56,703 bases of DNA from an uncultured Candidatus Micrarchaeota archaeon. Lineage in GTDB: Archaea > Micrarchaeota > Micrarchaeia > CAILAH01. Shown here piece after piece: positions 16,822 through 26,178 of this stretch. Position numbers and translations under genes: made by a program. The notes beneath the pieces are model-generated. The model was not told the DNA's origin. It saw only the letters and a list, made by a program, of their open reading frames with translations, and made no database searches. Location of the stretch: contig CAILAH010000026.1 of assembly GCA_903832205.1 (NCBI GenBank), forward strand, positions 1 through 56,703, read 5' to 3'. Each line of letters opens with the position of its first letter. Within the stretch, counting starts at the first letter, position 1.

Positions 16822-17799
16822 CTAACCTATCTTCTCCACCCCTGCAAGCAGCAGCAGGATGTTCAGGTAATGCTGCCTTGCATTCGTATCGGTCATGGCA
16901 TTGTTAGTGCTCTGGTCCGCGAATTCCTTCGCGAATCCGGCAAACTCGCGGGATTCCCTAAGTGCATCCACCTTTTCGCTCGTGTTCAGAAGGAACGCAA
17001 GGGTTGATATGGCGCTCAGGTCGTTCACAATCAAAGGAAGCTGTGTTTTCAGGTTGCGCAGGAACGTATCCGGGATATTGTCCCTGGCCCAATCTATTAA
17101 GGCCATATAATTAGTAGTTGCGCAATCATCCGGCATGCACTTCACCAATTTTGCAAAAAGCACCTCAAAGTTCTGGTTGTTAATATTCGGACTGGCCAAA
17201 ATATGAATGCCCTTTGCCAATACCGCGTATATGAAATTGCGGCTTTCGGATTTCCCAAAGTAGACATCCAAATTAGATGAGAGCGCCGTGGTAAATTCCA
17301 CAGGCTCCCTTGCCATAATCTCGGCTATTGCCGATTTGCGCGCTTCATGGAGCGTATTTTGCCAGGAACCTACTCCAGATGAAACTGTAGCCATCCCGGT
17401 TTGGAAGAAAGGATAATAATCAGAATCAAAAAGGGCAACCGCATAACTGCCATTGCCATGCTTCTTTACGATGCTGAGCGCATTGACCGCCTGCTTCACC
17501 AGGGGCACATAGGAATCGAATGTAATCTCGTGGGCCTTTACATAAGGCAGCTGCCTCAGGACGTTAAGCGCAGCTTCCGCAATCTTATCTGAGCTTATGG
17601 TGGTTTGGGGCGCTGTATCCGGTGCCTTGCCCTTGATTATTTCCTCTTTGGAAACGTCCGGGAGCTTGTGGCCGAACAGGCCGTCCTTCTCAACCTGTGC
17701 TACGATGGGGTCCTGCGTCTCCCTCTTCAGCCTCAGCACCTGCGGGCCAGTAGGGGTATCGCCTGCTTTTCCATCTGCGGGTTTATCCTTTTCTGCCAT
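16822..17799 (-). CDS. Tagged array protein, soluble alpha-helical class
   Basis: Tag: ETQDPIVAQVEKDGLFGHKLPDVSKEE. No TM segment. Starts at ATG 17799 after GTGATACTA. Confidence 0.85.
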   Translation of the reverse strand: MAEKDKPADGKAGDTPTGPQVLRLKRETQDPIVAQVEKDGLFGHKLPDVSKEEIIKGKAPDTAPQTTISSDKIAEAALNVLRQLPYVKAHEITFDSYVPLVKQAVNALSIVKKHGNGSYAVALFDSDYYPFFQTGMATVSSGVGSWQNTLHEARKSAIAEIMAREPVEFTTALSSNLDVYFGKSESRNFIYAVLAKGIHILASPNINNQNFEVLFAKLVKCMPDDCATTNYMALIDWARDNIPDTFLRNLKTQLPLIVNDLSAISTLAFLLNTSEKVDALRESREFAGFAKEFADQSTNNAMTDTNARQHYLNILLLLAGVEKIG

Positions 17800-17804
17800 T
17801 AGTA

Positions 17805-18788
17805 TCACTCAACTACTCCGTTGGTTATGTAATTATGAATCTTCTCCGCGCTTGTGCTGCCACTGAGTACCAGGTCGGCAATCTCGTTGCGGAAATCCTT
17901 GTCATATTGCAAGGCATTAAGGGCATCTTTTGACTCAAAAGTGTTTAGGCTGCCATGGATGTTAATCATGCTGTTGAATAGGTTCTTTATTGCCATCTCC
18001 TTTTTCTTGTAAATTTTATTGACAAGCTTGTGGACTAAATAAAATGTGGCGCATGTGGCTACGGCTATGGCAAGGGCACACATGGCTCCGGTACTGCTCT
18101 TAAGGCTGGGCACGTTTTTGACTGTTGCAATTATGCCGCCCATGAAAATAGGAAGGCTTGAAATAAAGGCTGCAAGTGGTGCCGAGCCGAATTCCTTCAT
18201 CTGGTTTTCGTTAAGCAGCCTGTCTCTTGATTTTTCCAGAAGGGTGACGGGCTCGAGAATTATGGCTGAGCCTGCGTTGATTGCTGGAATATTACTCTTA
18301 ATGGGCCCTGCATTGATTGTTGGAATGCTAGTCTGTGTTAATGGGCCCCCTGTTGTTGTTGAAACGTTTGGCGTGGTTGTTCCTGTAAATGTTCCGTTAA
18401 TTTTGAAATTCTTTAACATGTATTCTTCATGGCTTTTGCCCATTTTCGCATCAAAAGCGTTAAAGAAACGCGTTCCAGCCCCGGTCCTGTTTCTGTCTTC
18501 CCGGTTCATTGCGAGCCGCCTTTCCGCCTCCGCCGCGAGCCTCTTTTGCTCTTCGGCCTTGTGCAGGTCCTCCACCGCAATGTCCTTCCCATCGGTTTTT
18601 ACCATGCCTGGCTTAACGCCCAGGAGGCCGTCATCGTTGTATCTGCTTAATATTGGGTCGGGGAGAGCGGGCTTTTTCGATGTTACCATAGTAACATTGC
18701 CCGCTTTCACTGTTGGTTTTTCCACTTTCTCCTCACGCTCTTCAGCGAGCGTCTTCAGGAATGGGTCTTGCTTGTGCGAAACTACCAT
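17805..18788 (-). CDS. Tagged array protein, membrane-hairpin class
   Basis: Has QDPFLKTLAEE followed by NVTMVTSKKPALPDPILSRYNDDGLLGVKPGMVKTDGKDIAV. Hydrophobic pair: APLAAFISSLPIFMGGIIATV...GAMCALAIAVATCATFYLV. Confidence 0.85.
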   Translation of the reverse strand: MVVSHKQDPFLKTLAEEREEKVEKPTVKAGNVTMVTSKKPALPDPILSRYNDDGLLGVKPGMVKTDGKDIAVEDLHKAEEQKRLAAEAERRLAMNREDRNRTGAGTRFFNAFDAKMGKSHEEYMLKNFKINGTFTGTTTPNVSTTTGGPLTQTSIPTINAGPIKSNIPAINAGSAIILEPVTLLEKSRDRLLNENQMKEFGSAPLAAFISSLPIFMGGIIATVKNVPSLKSSTGAMCALAIAVATCATFYLVHKLVNKIYKKKEMAIKNLFNSMINIHGSLNTFESKDALNALQYDKDFRNEIADLVLSGSTSAEKIHNYITNGVVE

Positions 18789-19339
18789 TAGTACCACTTT
18801 ATATCTACGAGCGCCTGCGCAATCGGGTCGCCCAAATCGGCAATCTCCTTAAGATAGCCCATGAGTATTGGGTTGCTCCTCATCAGATCCAGATCCCTGA
18901 CGATGTGCGCCTGCTGCTCACCCGTTTCTATCGCATATAATATGTCCTTCAGTGCGGCAACGTCGCTCTTGCCGTCCAAAAAGGAGCTGATTCTCGATAA
19001 GAATGATTTGTCTTTCATATCGTTCAGCTTTGTGCGAATATCGGTAACCTTTTTGAGTATTAGATTGCGTTTTGCAAGCGCATCCGCCTGGGCTTTTGTG
19101 GCAGCCTTCTCTTCTGTCTCCCGCAGCTCTTTCACTACGCCCTTAACTATCGAGTCAAGCTCTAAGGGATTGAGCGCAGGGGTGCCTGTCCTATCAGGCT
19201 GCGGGATTGCTACAACCGGCATGCTGCCAGCTTTGGGAAGCGGTTTTCCGAATAGCCCGTCTTCCCTCACCCTCTGGAGGATAGGGTCCTCCTTTTTTTC
19301 AGGTTTCTTGGTCTTTTTGTTGAAGATTTTGAAATTCAT
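18788..19339 (-). CDS. Tagged array protein, small soluble class (paralogue of 19345..19923)
   Basis: Tag: KKEDPILQRVREDGLFGKPLP. The C-terminal ~100 aa (GKSDVAALKDILYAIETGEQ...DLGDPIAQAL) are collinear with the next gene. Confidence 0.8.
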   Translation of the reverse strand: MNFKIFNKKTKKPEKKEDPILQRVREDGLFGKPLPKAGSMPVVAIPQPDRTGTPALNPLELDSIVKGVVKELRETEEKAATKAQADALAKRNLILKKVTDIRTKLNDMKDKSFLSRISSFLDGKSDVAALKDILYAIETGEQQAHIVRDLDLMRSNPILMGYLKEIADLGDPIAQALVDIKWY

Positions 19340-19344
19340 AATCA

Positions 19345-19923
19345 TCACTTGGTTGAGATAAGCGCATTTGCAATCGGGTCGCCCAAATCAGCGAGCTCCT
19401 TCAGGAAGCACATCAGGACCGGGTTCTGCCTTACCAATTCCATATCCTTTGCGATATGCACGTACTGCTCGCCCTTCTCTATCGCATATAGTATGTCCTT
19501 CAGTGCGACCACGTCGCTCTTTCCGCCAAGTGCGGATGAAATCTTTGAGAAGAGTGATTTGCCCTCTTTCATCCCGTTCAGCTTCCCGCGTATCTCAGTA
19601 ACCTTTACTAGTATGACGCCGCGTCTCACGGCCGTATCAATCCGGGCCTTTGCGGCCTCCTTGCCGATTTCCTGCTCTTTCAGCCTGTTCATTGCTTCAT
19701 CAACAATCTTGCCAAGAACAGGGACGCCGCTTGTATCAGGTAGCGGGAGTGTCGCTCCCGGTTTTGAGCCAAGTATGCCTTCCCGTTCATACTTGTCAAG
19801 CATCGGGTCCGGCTTCTTCAGCGGGGCTTTTGCCGCGGCCGCCTTGGCCGTCGGGCCCTGAAAGTCGGTGCCCTCCTCTTCAAGTTTCTTGAGGAATGGG
19901 TCTGTGCCTTTTTTCTGCGCCAT
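19345..19923 (-). CDS. Tagged array protein, small soluble class
   Basis: Has TDPFLKKLEEEG followed by KKPDPMLDKYEREGILGSKPG. C terminus: GKSDVVALKDILYAIEKGEQ...DLGDPIANAL. Starts at ATG 19923 after TGGTGCTTAAT. Confidence 0.8.
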   Translation of the reverse strand: MAQKKGTDPFLKKLEEEGTDFQGPTAKAAAAKAPLKKPDPMLDKYEREGILGSKPGATLPLPDTSGVPVLGKIVDEAMNRLKEQEIGKEAAKARIDTAVRRGVILVKVTEIRGKLNGMKEGKSLFSKISSALGGKSDVVALKDILYAIEKGEQYVHIAKDMELVRQNPVLMCFLKELADLGDPIANALISTK

Positions 19924-19924
19924 A

Positions 19925-20725
19925 TTAAGCACCATATTTCGTTGTGATGGCACCAACAATTGCCGCGGAAATCTTTTGGTCCGTCTCATCCTTGAATACG
20001 GCCAGTGCCGCAAAGCTCTCATCAGTATCAATTTCTATAAGCGACCAAACGCATCGCATTTTTATATCGAATATATCCTTCGTAATATCCACGTTTCCCG
20101 TGTTTTTAAGATTCCTGAGCGCAACATCCCTGTAGATGGCAACTATCTGCTCAACTGCCGTTGGGTCTTTTATCACTCCAAGCCCCGCAATTATTTTTCT
20201 CGCATGGAGGCTTAGTGCGGAGACGTCAGCTCCAGTATTTGAGATATCAATGCGGTCCAAGAATCCCTTGACAACACCCGGCATCAGCGGGCACGTGATT
20301 GCCAGGTCCTTATTTAGAAAGTCAACAAGCATTTTTGGATCCAAGCTAAAACTGGAATAATAGTAGGCATACTTTCCCGCCTGGTCCGGAAAGCCAATCT
20401 TCATAAGGGTGTTGAGCGCCGCAATGACATTTGTCTCGCTCATGTTTCCATCCTGCTTGTCCAGCCCCGCTATGAGCGTTTCCGAAAGTATCCTGTTGAT
20501 GCCTCCTGAAAGTACGGGCGCAGCCACCGGGCCCCTAATCTCTCCGCAAACCTTCTTTTGTATTTCCTCAACCTGCGGAATGGCCTTGCCGAAAAGGCCG
20601 TCCTTCTCGACCTGCGCCACTATGGGGTCAACAGTGTCCCTCTTTGGCTTCTGTGCAAATGCCTGTCCGCCAGTGGGAACTGTGCCTCCATTGGCATTTT
20701 CTGGTTTCTTGGTATCTTCTGCCAT
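19925..20725 (-). CDS. Tagged array protein, soluble alpha-helical class
   Basis: Tag: DTVDPIVAQVEKDGLFGKAIPQVEE. No TM segment. Confidence 0.85.
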   Translation of the reverse strand: MAEDTKKPENANGGTVPTGGQAFAQKPKRDTVDPIVAQVEKDGLFGKAIPQVEEIQKKVCGEIRGPVAAPVLSGGINRILSETLIAGLDKQDGNMSETNVIAALNTLMKIGFPDQAGKYAYYYSSFSLDPKMLVDFLNKDLAITCPLMPGVVKGFLDRIDISNTGADVSALSLHARKIIAGLGVIKDPTAVEQIVAIYRDVALRNLKNTGNVDITKDIFDIKMRCVWSLIEIDTDESFAALAVFKDETDQKISAAIVGAITTKYGA

Positions 20726-20727
20726 GA

Positions 20728-21459
20728 TTATTCTACCCCTGCGATTTTCTTCTGTAATCTAATGTGGATTTCCTGTATTATCGGGTCCATATTCCCGATA
20801 TTCGAACAGTCGCCAAGCAGCTTCTTTGCGAAATCCGGATAGTCCTGGCAACCCTTGAACGTGATAAAATGGTCGTCCACTGTTGCATATACCATATATA
20901 GAAGCACCGGAATCTTGGGCGCAGAATAATTGATGAGCAATGTAAGGAGCTCATTCGGCTCGCGAAGCGCGATATCCTCGACTGCCTGTGTAATATTCCT
21001 CCTAATCCTGCGCTGCGCATCAATGACCTTATTGCTTTGCGACCAGGGATTCAGGGCTTTTGGGACCTTATAGCACAGGATATTTGTACCAAGATAATTT
21101 GAAAGATAGAATGCCGACTTTGCATTGCCGTGCTTTTCCAATACCTTTAATGCGTCCGAAAGCTTTTGAAGTTCGGAAAGGCTGTTTTCAATAAAAAATT
21201 TGCTGCTTCCCCAGCCCCTCGTTTTTATATTGACGGATTCAAAGACCGCCTCGGCCGCATCAATTATTGCCTTCCTCTGGTCCTGCGGAAGCTGCTGGAT
21301 TGGAGCAGAAACCGGCGCTGCGGCAGGCTTCGGAACAGGAACACTTTTCATATTGTTAATATCCTGCCCGAATATGCCGTCCTCCCTCACCCTCCTTAGG
21401 ATTGGGTCTTCGGACCTGTCCTTCTTCTTCCCGTCTCCTTTCAATAGTCTCATAACCAT
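20728..21459 (-). CDS. Tagged array protein, soluble alpha-helical class
   Basis: Starts at internal ATG 21459 (MVMRLLKGDGKKKDRSEDPILRRVREDGIFGQDI), preceded by the SD GAGGAAGTGA, 5 nt after the ATPase stop. Confidence 0.8.
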   Translation of the reverse strand: MVMRLLKGDGKKKDRSEDPILRRVREDGIFGQDINNMKSVPVPKPAAAPVSAPIQQLPQDQRKAIIDAAEAVFESVNIKTRGWGSSKFFIENSLSELQKLSDALKVLEKHGNAKSAFYLSNYLGTNILCYKVPKALNPWSQSNKVIDAQRRIRRNITQAVEDIALREPNELLTLLINYSAPKIPVLLYMVYATVDDHFITFKGCQDYPDFAKKLLGDCSNIGNMDPIIQEIHIRLQKKIAGVE

Positions 21460-21464
21460 TTGCT

Positions 21465-22778
21465 TCACTTCCTCGTTGCCGCTGCAAGCGTTGAAAGCCA
21501 CTCTGCAATAGGCGTCCATTCCTTGTCAAGCGCGCTTATCACGTCCGGGTGCAGTGCGCCGTGCTTCAGCTCGGCGAATGCCCTCGTCAATACGGTTTCC
21601 TTGTCCTTGAACCTTGCCTGTATCCTTCCAATGACCTCGTTTGCGAACAGGATGGGGTTGCCTTTGTGGTTTTGCTCAACGAACCTCGGGTCAAAAATGC
21701 CCAGGGGCGGCGCAACTATCCTGAACACCTGGAGGACATCCGCCACATCGTTCTTCATGGTCGGCGTCACTTCGCGCTCGTCATCCTGTGCCTGTGCCAA
21801 GTTCTTCGACTCGGCAACGGCCTGGAGCGCAAGCGTCAGGCGCATTATGTTCTTCATCGCACGGGTTGACGGGGCCTTTACGAAGCCGCAGCCGCCTGCG
21901 AGGTCTTCGCATCCCTTGCACACTATTGAAGGTATGCCGGACTTGATCTTCTTCTTCTCCATCTTCATCTTGCTGCACCAGTTCAGGCCGAACCTGAGGT
22001 ACTGGGCCATGAGAAGCATGTTGGAAGTTGGCTGCAGCTCGCTGATCACCTTTGACATCGCGATGAACTCGTCGTCCCACTTTATCTTCTGCTCCGCCTC
22101 GTAGACGTGGACGCGCGGGTCGTGGTCTCCCGCCAGTATGTGCGAAAAGTCGCTCGGCGAGATCTCAAAGTGGTTGAGGTCGATAATAACGTTAAGGCGG
22201 TCAAGCAGTGCGTCACCCAGCTCGAACGTGCCCGAATGCTCCTTGCCGACGTTTCCCGTAGCCAGCATGACTGCATAGCCGTCGCCAATCCTGTGCTCCT
22301 TTCCCCTGTGCCTGAACACCCCGTTTGCGAGTGAAAGCAGCTGGTTCTGCACGATTGGCGGGCCCCTGGTAATCTCATCAACCACGATGACGTGGGTGTT
22401 GAGGGTTTCGGTTAATTCATGAATATCAGCATCTGTTAATGCCTGCTTGTTGTAGAGCTTTCCGAGGTTCAGCCTCGCATAAAGCTCCTTCACTGACAGG
22501 TCGGGCTCCATCTCCAGGAACACGCCCCTGCCGCCGAATGCGCGGAAGAAGAAGTCGCTCACCGCATCCGTCTTTCCCTCACCGCGGCCTCCTGCCAAAA
22601 AGAGGTTTGACCTTGAAATGAGGCAGGCCTTGATTACGTCCTCCACCTGGAGGGACTGGCCGCGCACGGTTGCGATTACTGCCGAGTTGCGGTACTTGTC
22701 AGGCGTTGGAACCCTGGCAATACGCGGAGCCAACTCGTCAAACACGGCCTGGTTGCTAAGCTTTTGAGCAGTTGTCAT
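21465..22778 (-). CDS. MoxR-like AAA+ ATPase with a C-terminal extension
   Basis: Walker A in LAGGRGEGKT. Walker B in HVIVVDEITR. Sensor or Arg-finger region MLATGNV...GDALLDRLNVIIDL. The ~200-aa C-terminal part includes CKGCEDLAGGC. Confidence 0.85.
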   Translation of the reverse strand: MTTAQKLSNQAVFDELAPRIARVPTPDKYRNSAVIATVRGQSLQVEDVIKACLISRSNLFLAGGRGEGKTDAVSDFFFRAFGGRGVFLEMEPDLSVKELYARLNLGKLYNKQALTDADIHELTETLNTHVIVVDEITRGPPIVQNQLLSLANGVFRHRGKEHRIGDGYAVMLATGNVGKEHSGTFELGDALLDRLNVIIDLNHFEISPSDFSHILAGDHDPRVHVYEAEQKIKWDDEFIAMSKVISELQPTSNMLLMAQYLRFGLNWCSKMKMEKKKIKSGIPSIVCKGCEDLAGGCGFVKAPSTRAMKNIMRLTLALQAVAESKNLAQAQDDEREVTPTMKNDVADVLQVFRIVAPPLGIFDPRFVEQNHKGNPILFANEVIGRIQARFKDKETVLTRAFAELKHGALHPDVISALDKEWTPIAEWLSTLAAATRK

Positions 22779-22797
22779 GGGTTATTTGGCGCATAAC

Positions 22798-22812
22798 CAG
22801 TATAAATACTTT
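22798..22812 (-). promoter_or_regulatory. TATA element for the ATPase-led transcription unit
   Basis: On the minus strand, AAAGTATTTATACT is centred about 27 nt upstream of ATG 22778, in the only 58-nt gap in this part of the array. Confidence 0.5.
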
Positions 22813-22836
22813 ACGGTGCCTCACAATGCCCGAAAA

Positions 22837-23625
22837 TCAGGCTTTGCCAGTAAAATCCGGCTTGGCTTCACTGGCAAAACCAAGCTCGGCCTTCTGGGCA
22901 AAATCAGACTCTAGAGGATTAGATTCCTTCCTTTGGTAAAACATCTTCTCAAGCTCCCACGCCTTTGAGTAGCCCGCAACCGCAAGCTCGTGGAGGCCTT
23001 TCCTTAAATCCGCATCATCCTTGATATCAGTAAGAATAGCGCTATTGAATACCTTCCCATTAGCCAATTCATTGAGTGCGCCTGCAATAAGCTTCGAGTC
23101 CTCCACTGCTTTTTCCATCTGCCGCTCAAGCTCGCGGCCTACAATGATTCCGCTTATTATCATGTTAACGGAAATGCTGCCGGCAAAAACCGATAGCAGG
23201 AAGTGATTGGAAAAAGCCACTGAAAGCCAGGTAATGATGCCCCCTATAACTCCGGCAGTGGTCAAAAAAGGCGCAAGCGCGCTCCTATCTATCAAGGCAA
23301 CCCTCCTCTTCTCCCCTTTCTTCATTATTTCCCCGCCAAGGGCGTCCATCCTCCTGCTCATCGTCATCCGGTATATTGGGTCAGCAGGCTTTTCGCACAG
23401 CTTTTCCCACTCCTTTCCCAACGCCTCCCTTTTCATTATTAGAGCCGCAGTACCAATGCTGACCTGCTTCTCCCCGTCCTTTGCCATCCCCGGCCTTGCC
23501 CCAAGGATGCCTTCCGAATCGTACATATCCAGGATAGGGTCCCTTTTGGGAAATGGCTTTTTTACCTCTGCCGTGGCTGTCCTTGCAGTCTGCGACAATG
23601 GTGCTGCCTTCCCCCTAATAACCAT
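22837..23625 (-). CDS. Tagged array protein, membrane-hairpin class
   Basis: Tag: FPKRDPILDMYDSEGILGARPGMAKDGEKQVSI. Hydrophobic pair: LAPFLTTAGVIGGIITWLSVAF..LLSVFAGSISVNMIISGIIVG. Confidence 0.85.
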   Translation of the reverse strand: MVIRGKAAPLSQTARTATAEVKKPFPKRDPILDMYDSEGILGARPGMAKDGEKQVSIGTAALIMKREALGKEWEKLCEKPADPIYRMTMSRRMDALGGEIMKKGEKRRVALIDRSALAPFLTTAGVIGGIITWLSVAFSNHFLLSVFAGSISVNMIISGIIVGRELERQMEKAVEDSKLIAGALNELANGKVFNSAILTDIKDDADLRKGLHELAVAGYSKAWELEKMFYQRKESNPLESDFAQKAELGFASEAKPDFTGKA

Positions 23626-24428
23626 TACAATCCCTTCATCCTTTGCTGGAGCTGCTGCGCCTCCGCGTGGCCTTGTGAGGCGAGGCCGTTAACGTAATCT
23701 ATGAATACTTTCTCCTTCGCAGCTTTCCTGAGGAGCTTGTCAGAAATGGGCTCCCCCGCCTCAAGCGCCTTTTCGGCATCAAGCGCATTCTTCAGCCCGA
23801 AAAGCGCGATGATGTGAATTATTATCGGCCTGTTAAAGAAGTATATCAGCCCCGTTCCTGCTGTAAGCATTGCCAATGATGCATTGAATGTAACGTGATC
23901 ATCGGCACTGCGAATGAACATCCAGCCCGAAGCCGCCATAAAGCCCGACACAATGCTTGGTATGTCGCTTATGGACAATGCCGCCTTGCTGAATTTAGAC
24001 CCGCCCTTTATCTGCTGGTCTGACTTATCAAAAAATTCCTTCTTCACCTGCGCTATCTTCTCCTTTTTCTCCTTTCCCGCCTGGCAGCGTGAGTGCTGCA
24101 GCGCCCTCTCAATCCTCCTCATCCTGTAATGCCTTTGCAGCTCTGCCTTCTCAAAAGCAACCTGCCTCTGCCAGGCAGCGGCCTCATCAGGGGTCACTAT
24201 TTCGCCCTGGCGCCCCAGCGCCTTTCCCGGCGGGCAGCCAAACAGGCCCTCTTTATTATACCTGTCAAGAATGGGGTCGGGGAGGGAAGCCCTGCGTGAT
24301 GTTACCATAGTAACATTGGCTTCACTCGCTTTCTTTTTTCCAATATCCGCAACCGCTTTTGCATCCTTTCCCCTTTCTCCCTCACCGGAAACGGGCGGGC
24401 TTTTTTGTTTTAGCGAGAGCATCATCAT
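23625..24428 (-). CDS. Tagged array protein, membrane-hairpin class
   Basis: Tag: NVTMVTSRRASLPDPILDRYNKEGLFGCPPGKALGRQGEIVT. Hydrophobic segments IPSIVSGFMAASGWMFI and LAMLTAGTGLIYFF..IIIHIIALFGL. C-terminal ALEAGEPISDKLLRKAA. Confidence 0.85.
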   Translation of the reverse strand: MMMLSLKQKSPPVSGEGERGKDAKAVADIGKKKASEANVTMVTSRRASLPDPILDRYNKEGLFGCPPGKALGRQGEIVTPDEAAAWQRQVAFEKAELQRHYRMRRIERALQHSRCQAGKEKKEKIAQVKKEFFDKSDQQIKGGSKFSKAALSISDIPSIVSGFMAASGWMFIRSADDHVTFNASLAMLTAGTGLIYFFNRPIIIHIIALFGLKNALDAEKALEAGEPISDKLLRKAAKEKVFIDYVNGLASQGHAEAQQLQQRMKGL

Positions 24429-24434
24429 ATGCAC

Positions 24435-25241
24435 CTACATGCGGCCGATGTTTCTTTCCCTTCTCTTTTTTGCATCGTAAAGTTTTTCATTTAAGACAGC
24501 ACTCATGCGCCCGTACAGCTCGGCCGCTTCTGCGGAGCCTTCATCTTCGAGCTTCTTAAAGCAGTCATGCAGCTCCTCACCATAATAGTTACAGTTGAGT
24601 ATGTTGCTGTCCCTGCACATGGCCACCGCGGCCTTGAGGGCATCATCGCTTATCTTCTCGCCTTTCTCAAACGCATCCAGCACCCTGATGCCAGCCATGG
24701 CCGCCGTGCGGCGCTTTCGCGACCACACTACATCCGGCTTATCAAATGTCATCGCTATCCGCACGGTTGCTGCAAAAAGGATCAGGCCGCCAGCGGCGTA
24801 GAGAGGGACACTTAGCCACCAGCTCTTCTGTGGCAATGCTAACACGACCAGCGACGCCCCCATTCCCATGATTACTGCGCCAATTTTCCAAAAGCTCCGT
24901 ATCTGCTTGGTTGCATTCTCGACCTGCATTTCCAACATGCGCCTGGTATCGCTCAGTAACTCTTCCCTTTTCCTGCGCTTCGTATCTTCGTCACTCACCA
25001 GCTTTTCCTGCACCGTCTTCTCAGCGAGCTCACCCGCCACGTCAAGCGTCACTTCCTTCCCTTTCACTGCCACCATTCCTGGTTTTGCTCCAAGAATCCC
25101 CTCTTCCCTGTATTTGTCTAATATGGGGTCGGGGAAGCGGGGCTTTTTCGATGTTACTATAGTAACATTGGCTTCACTTGCCTTCCTATTATTAGTATTA
25201 GTTAGTACCGGCTTTTTCTGAATATCCTTCAGCCCTGCCAT
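24435..25241 (-). CDS. Tagged array protein, membrane-hairpin class
   Basis: Tag: NVTIVTSKKPRFPDPILDKYREEGILGAKPGMVAVKGKEVTL. Hydrophobic pair: IGAVIMGMGASLVVLAL..LSVPLYAAGGLILFAATV. C-terminal LDAFEKGEKISDDALKAAV. Confidence 0.85.
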   Translation of the reverse strand: MAGLKDIQKKPVLTNTNNRKASEANVTIVTSKKPRFPDPILDKYREEGILGAKPGMVAVKGKEVTLDVAGELAEKTVQEKLVSDEDTKRRKREELLSDTRRMLEMQVENATKQIRSFWKIGAVIMGMGASLVVLALPQKSWWLSVPLYAAGGLILFAATVRIAMTFDKPDVVWSRKRRTAAMAGIRVLDAFEKGEKISDDALKAAVAMCRDSNILNCNYYGEELHDCFKKLEDEGSAEAAELYGRMSAVLNEKLYDAKKRRERNIGRM

Positions 25242-25261
25242 CGTTGAAAATTGGGATAATT

Positions 25262-25277
25262 AGATGTTTTAAACCTT
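25262..25277 (-). promoter_or_regulatory. Internal TATA element of the array
   Basis: On the minus strand, AAGGTTTAAAACATC is centred about 29 nt upstream of ATG 25241. It lies in a 181-nt non-coding gap (25242-25422). Confidence 0.45.
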
Positions 25278-25422
25278 CTGATTATAGACGGGCTGCATAA
25301 TGCCTCAATTGACGAAAGTTATAGAAAAGTATAACTTTGGTCGTTTCATCAAAAATCGCTTACGACTGAACAATCTGCCTGGCGCTTTAAGCCCTCATCA
25401 GCCGGATGCTTAAGCCTTGCCA

Positions 25423-26178
25423 TCACGGGTAGGGAGGGAAGGGGAACTTTCCCGCGCCCCTCATTCCCGCCGTGCTGAGGAGCTTGACCTGTTCCTGAAA
25501 TTCCTTATCCTTTTCCACCAGCTTTATGTCCTTTGCATCCGGCTCAAGATCGCCCTGGATGTTTTTTAGGATGCGCAGCTTATTCTCGACATGGGCGATT
25601 TCTGCTTTACAATTAACCCGGCCAAGGGACGTGTAATAAGTATAGACTAGCATTCCCATGAATGTCAGCACGCCTAATAAATCAGTAAGAACATAATGCT
25701 CGGACCCGAACCTAACCACGATGCTTACTATGGGCGCAACAGTCCCGATAGCGCCGCACCAAAGCGACGCATTAAACCGCCTGTGGTCCTTGCGCTCGGA
25801 TTCAAGCTCCAAGCCAACCTCCCTGAAAATATGATCAAATAAAACCGGCCCTGCATTCTGCTTGAATGCATCATCCGCCCTTCCTGACCTAAGCATCCTT
25901 CCTGACCTAAGCATGCTTATTATTTGCCGTATATTCTCTTTTTCTGCGCGCTCTCTCGCTTCAGCCATCTCTTCATCATGCGCCTTTGCATCCTTGAGCG
26001 TAATCTCCTTCCCGTCCTTGTCCTTTACCATGCCGGGCTTTACGCCAAGAATTCCCTCATCATTATATCTGGAAAGCATCGGGTCAATCCTATGAATAGA
26101 GGTCCTTTTACTCCCTGCATCCGCTGCCGTTTCCTTGCTGAAAACCTTTCTAATGCCCGCAAACCTAGGGCTGTGCAT
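25423..26178 (-). CDS. Tagged array protein, membrane-hairpin class
   Basis: Tag: HRIDPMLSRYNDEGILGVKPGMVKDKDGKEITL. Hydrophobic pair: LWCGAIGTVAPIVSIVV...LLGVLTFMGMLVYTYY. Start is 26178 or 26187. Confidence 0.85.
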   Translation of the reverse strand: MHSPRFAGIRKVFSKETAADAGSKRTSIHRIDPMLSRYNDEGILGVKPGMVKDKDGKEITLKDAKAHDEEMAEARERAEKENIRQIISMLRSGRMLRSGRADDAFKQNAGPVLFDHIFREVGLELESERKDHRRFNASLWCGAIGTVAPIVSIVVRFGSEHYVLTDLLGVLTFMGMLVYTYYTSLGRVNCKAEIAHVENKLRILKNIQGDLEPDAKDIKLVEKDKEFQEQVKLLSTAGMRGAGKFPFPPYP

